Positions 61,312 to 64,000 of a DNA stretch of 64,000 bases are shown one piece after another. The notes under the pieces were generated by a model. It saw only the letters and a list, made by a program, of their open reading frames with translations. It was not told where the DNA came from and ran no database searches. Location of the stretch: contig RHPI01000810.1 in assembly GCA_009103225.1 (NCBI GenBank), positions 124,001 to 188,000 on the forward strand. Reading direction: 5' to 3'. Both the position numbers and the translations under genes were made by a program. Origin of the DNA: Chlorokybus atmophyticus. Lineage: Eukaryota; Plantae; Mesostigma and Chlorokybus algae. Each line of letters starts with the position of its first letter. The stretch's first letter is position 1.

Positions 61312-63778
61312 ATGGCGGCGGCGGCGGGGAGGGGTGGACGCGGAAGCGGTCAGGAGCTGCCGGTAGCGCAGGACGTGGTGTTGGAGGACCCGGAGGTAGG
61401 GGAGGACGACGACGAGGACGACGAGGAGGAGCTTGCGCTCGTCGACGACGCTCAGGTGCAGTGGCAATGTGCTCAGTATATGGCGCATGAGGATTCAGGT
61501 CTTACTTTGGTGTGACTGGCCTCTGCATGGCATTCGGACATACCGCAGCTGCTTCTCTTGCTGACACGATGCTGTCGCCGCCGTTTCTGCCCCGCTGCCC
61601 TTCCGCTCAGTGCAGGTGTTGCTTGGCTTTGTTGAGAAGCCGAAGAACCAGCGACTGCTGAAGCGTTACTACTTTCCAAGCAAAGTTGGCGGCACTCCGG
61701 TACGATCGCTCTGTATGGCGTGCTCCTGCTCTGATTTGAAACAGCCAGCTGGAAAACTCATGCATGCACATTGCCAGTGTGCAATGCTGGTGTTTCAGCA
61801 CCACTAAAGGTGATAACAAGTGCATTCCAGGCATGGCTGGACCCTGTGCACCTGCCACGTGGGGACGTGACCACGTGCAAGGTGTGCGAGAAGCCGTTGC
61901 AGTTCTTGCTGCAGGTACGTACAACCCCTTACAGCACTTGTCACGCATAGATGCTAAGCTTTGCATGCTGCGTGCTAGACAGGCCACCACACTTTGGAAT
62001 TGATTTTATCTGTGCTATATACCATGGTCAACCATTGACGGCTGTATTAATTCATGCTGCTCTCGCTTAGCAGATGTTAGGATAGTGATACAGCATGCAT
62101 TGCAGGTCTACGCACCAATTGAAAGCGTGGAGGATGCATTTCACAGGACGTTGTATTTGTTTTGCTGCCGCAACGGACCATGCCTACTGCAAAGCGGAAG
62201 GTGGATGTGACATAGTTGGCTTACAAATGAAGCTGTCGCTGTTCCCCTCAGGACTAAGTCCGCTCTGTGTTCAGCTGTAGAGTCTTTCGCGGTCAGCTCC
62301 CCAGAGCCAACACTTACTACTCATTTCAACCAGCTCCCACGAAAGGCCAATTTGATGAGAGCAAGTATCTCAGCCAAGGTACGCTCATTTATGTGCATGC
62401 TTCCTCATGGCAAGTACCCGATCAACGCAATGCTTCCACAAACAGAGGCCATTCTGTGCGACTGGTGTGGGACATGGAGAGCAGACAAGCGCTGCTCTGG
62501 TTGCCGTGAATTCGTCTACTGCTCTCGCGATCACCAGGTGCGCATTGGACATAGGCAGGGCCTGTTTGCTTGTGTTTTGATGAGTAACCCTTATATCAGA
62601 ACTGAGCTGCATGCCAACTGACTCGGCTCTTTCCGCCAGGTAGAGCACTGGCGCGCCGGTCACTCCAAGCAGTGCAAGCGAGTTGACAAGCCAACTGGTT
62701 CCTCACAGGAAGCGCCAACCACCTCTGAGGCTGTACAATCCATATCTGCCCAACTGCAAGGCAGCCAGCTTAGTGACAGGTCTGCCGATCAGCCGGAAGC
62801 CATCGAGTCTAGCGGACCTGTAACCAGTGCAGTTGCGGAGCCTCCAGTGCTGGGAGCAAACCGAAGGAAGGCTTTAAGTGGGCATCTTTGGATGGAGCAA
62901 GAGCTTGTGGTGGAGGCTGAGAGTGATTGCGACACTAGTACGGTTGCTGTGCATTACTGTGCAAACGCCAGTTGCTTTAAAAATACTTTCTGAGTACAGC
63001 GCATTGCTGTAGGTGCTGCGGATGCAATCAAGTTGGTGCAAGAGTACCAACAACGGGTCAGGAGTGAGGGCTCCGTTCCAGCGTCAGAAATAAGTGGTTA
63101 TGTTGAGGTGTTGTTCGTTCTCTTCTGCTGTGGTTGGTTTATCACTGCAAAGCGCTGCAGCATGTCCATCCAGCTGTCGCTCAGTGATGCTAATCGCAGG
63201 AAGCAACAGGCGACCTGAAACATTGGGCAAACGTCCAAGCCATCTTTGCAAAAGCTCCTGATCAAGTGCTAAGGTGACGGCAGGAAGTACTAGGCATGCG
63301 TTTATGTTACAAAGCCTCACTTGTAGCAGAATTGCATGCGTCAGCTGACCGTCAATGCACCTGCCAGCAGGCATACAGCAGGCACCTTACTCTTGGGATC
63401 TGTGGCAGGTATTCTCGCTCTCCAAGCCATATGCCGATCTGGCTCCGCACTGATCACCAGCCGCCAGCATCTCTACCGAAGTGTGCAGCATGTGGTGGTC
63501 GTAGACTTTTTGAGTTTCAGGTACTCAATCAACCGGTCTAGTTGGTTTTATGGTGAGGATGGTGTTGTCACAACTCTGATGTCAGTTGACCACGCTGGCA
63601 GGTGCTGCCCCAGCTTCTTTACTATCTCGGCATTGACAACAGTGATACAGCTGTCATTGACTTTGGCACGGTAGCTGTATACACATGCGAAGCAAGCTGC
63701 ACAGTTACTACAGCGTTCATGGCAGCTGACAGTGTTGCATATACCGAGGAGTACGTTTGGGTGCAACCGCCAACGTAG
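61312..63778 (+). CDS. PDCD2: Programmed cell death protein 2 (PDCD2/Tsr4-type uS5 chaperone) with MYND finger, multi-exon
   Basis: FPSKVGGTP|[18 protein letters not shown]|[28 protein letters not shown]|[16 protein letters not shown]2_[16 protein letters not shown]|[28 protein letters not shown]. Confidence 0.93.
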
Positions 63779-64000
63779 AGAGGGTAGTTGTCCTGCGTCG
63801 TTGCGCTTCATCCAGGCTCGAGAGCTGCTTGAATTGACAATGTATTTGCGCCCTGGCAGCAGTGGTATAGCTAAAGCTTCTCAAGCTCATGAGCGTTGTT
63901 CATTGTGAGCTTTGCATACAACTGCCAGCATCGACACAGTGATCCTGCGCAATGCTGACGTTGGCACTGCACGGGGAGGGTTAGGGTAGCGGGAAACGAC

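Noticed and set aside
761-63811. Numerous antisense and alternate-frame ORFs in the supplied track
   Set aside because: Shadows of GC-rich exons or low-complexity introns, with no motif support.
1-64000. tRNA, rRNA, CRISPR arrays or prokaryotic operons
   Set aside because: No cloverleaf with a T-loop, no rRNA-like sequence and no repeat-spacer array. lpxD and tauE contain spliceosomal introns and are plant-type nuclear genes, not contamination.

Overview
Eukaryotic, intron-rich, gene-dense window from a flagellated green-lineage alga. Ciliary genes (DNAAF5, CFAP144/FAM183, DZIP1-like, CEP57-like) occur with plant-type genes (QLQ+WRC growth-regulating factor, LpxD2-type acyltransferase, TauE exporter, At4g11440-type carrier). 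This suggests an early-diverging streptophyte alga (inference). About 16 spliced protein genes are supported, mostly as head-to-head pairs: DNAAF5(partial)/CBF5, LpxD/sulfotransferase, S1+CCHC protein/CTL transporter, CFAP144, mitochondrial carrier, TEX261/eRF3, DZIP1-like/CEP57-like, an orphan/RS-rich pair, TauE, GRF and PDCD2. Accessory DNA includes two degenerate Penelope-like RT elements (about 3.55-6.14 kb +, 48.3-49.4 kb -). Their RT is C-terminal and they share a non-coding 3' module with conserved spliceosomal intron signals. There is also a related 5' fragment (11.5-12.2 kb), an exact 276-bp duplication, and an AT-rich ORF-less island (53.9-56.05 kb) with five related dyad motifs in opposing orientations. 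Regulatory oddities include a frame-shifting consensus donor competing with the weak true donor of CBF5, a tandemly duplicated donor in the S1 gene, a GC-AG intron, and a GRF without the miR396 site. Poly-C tracts and N gaps show local assembly problems. All alignments and exon models were made by eye; no database search was run.
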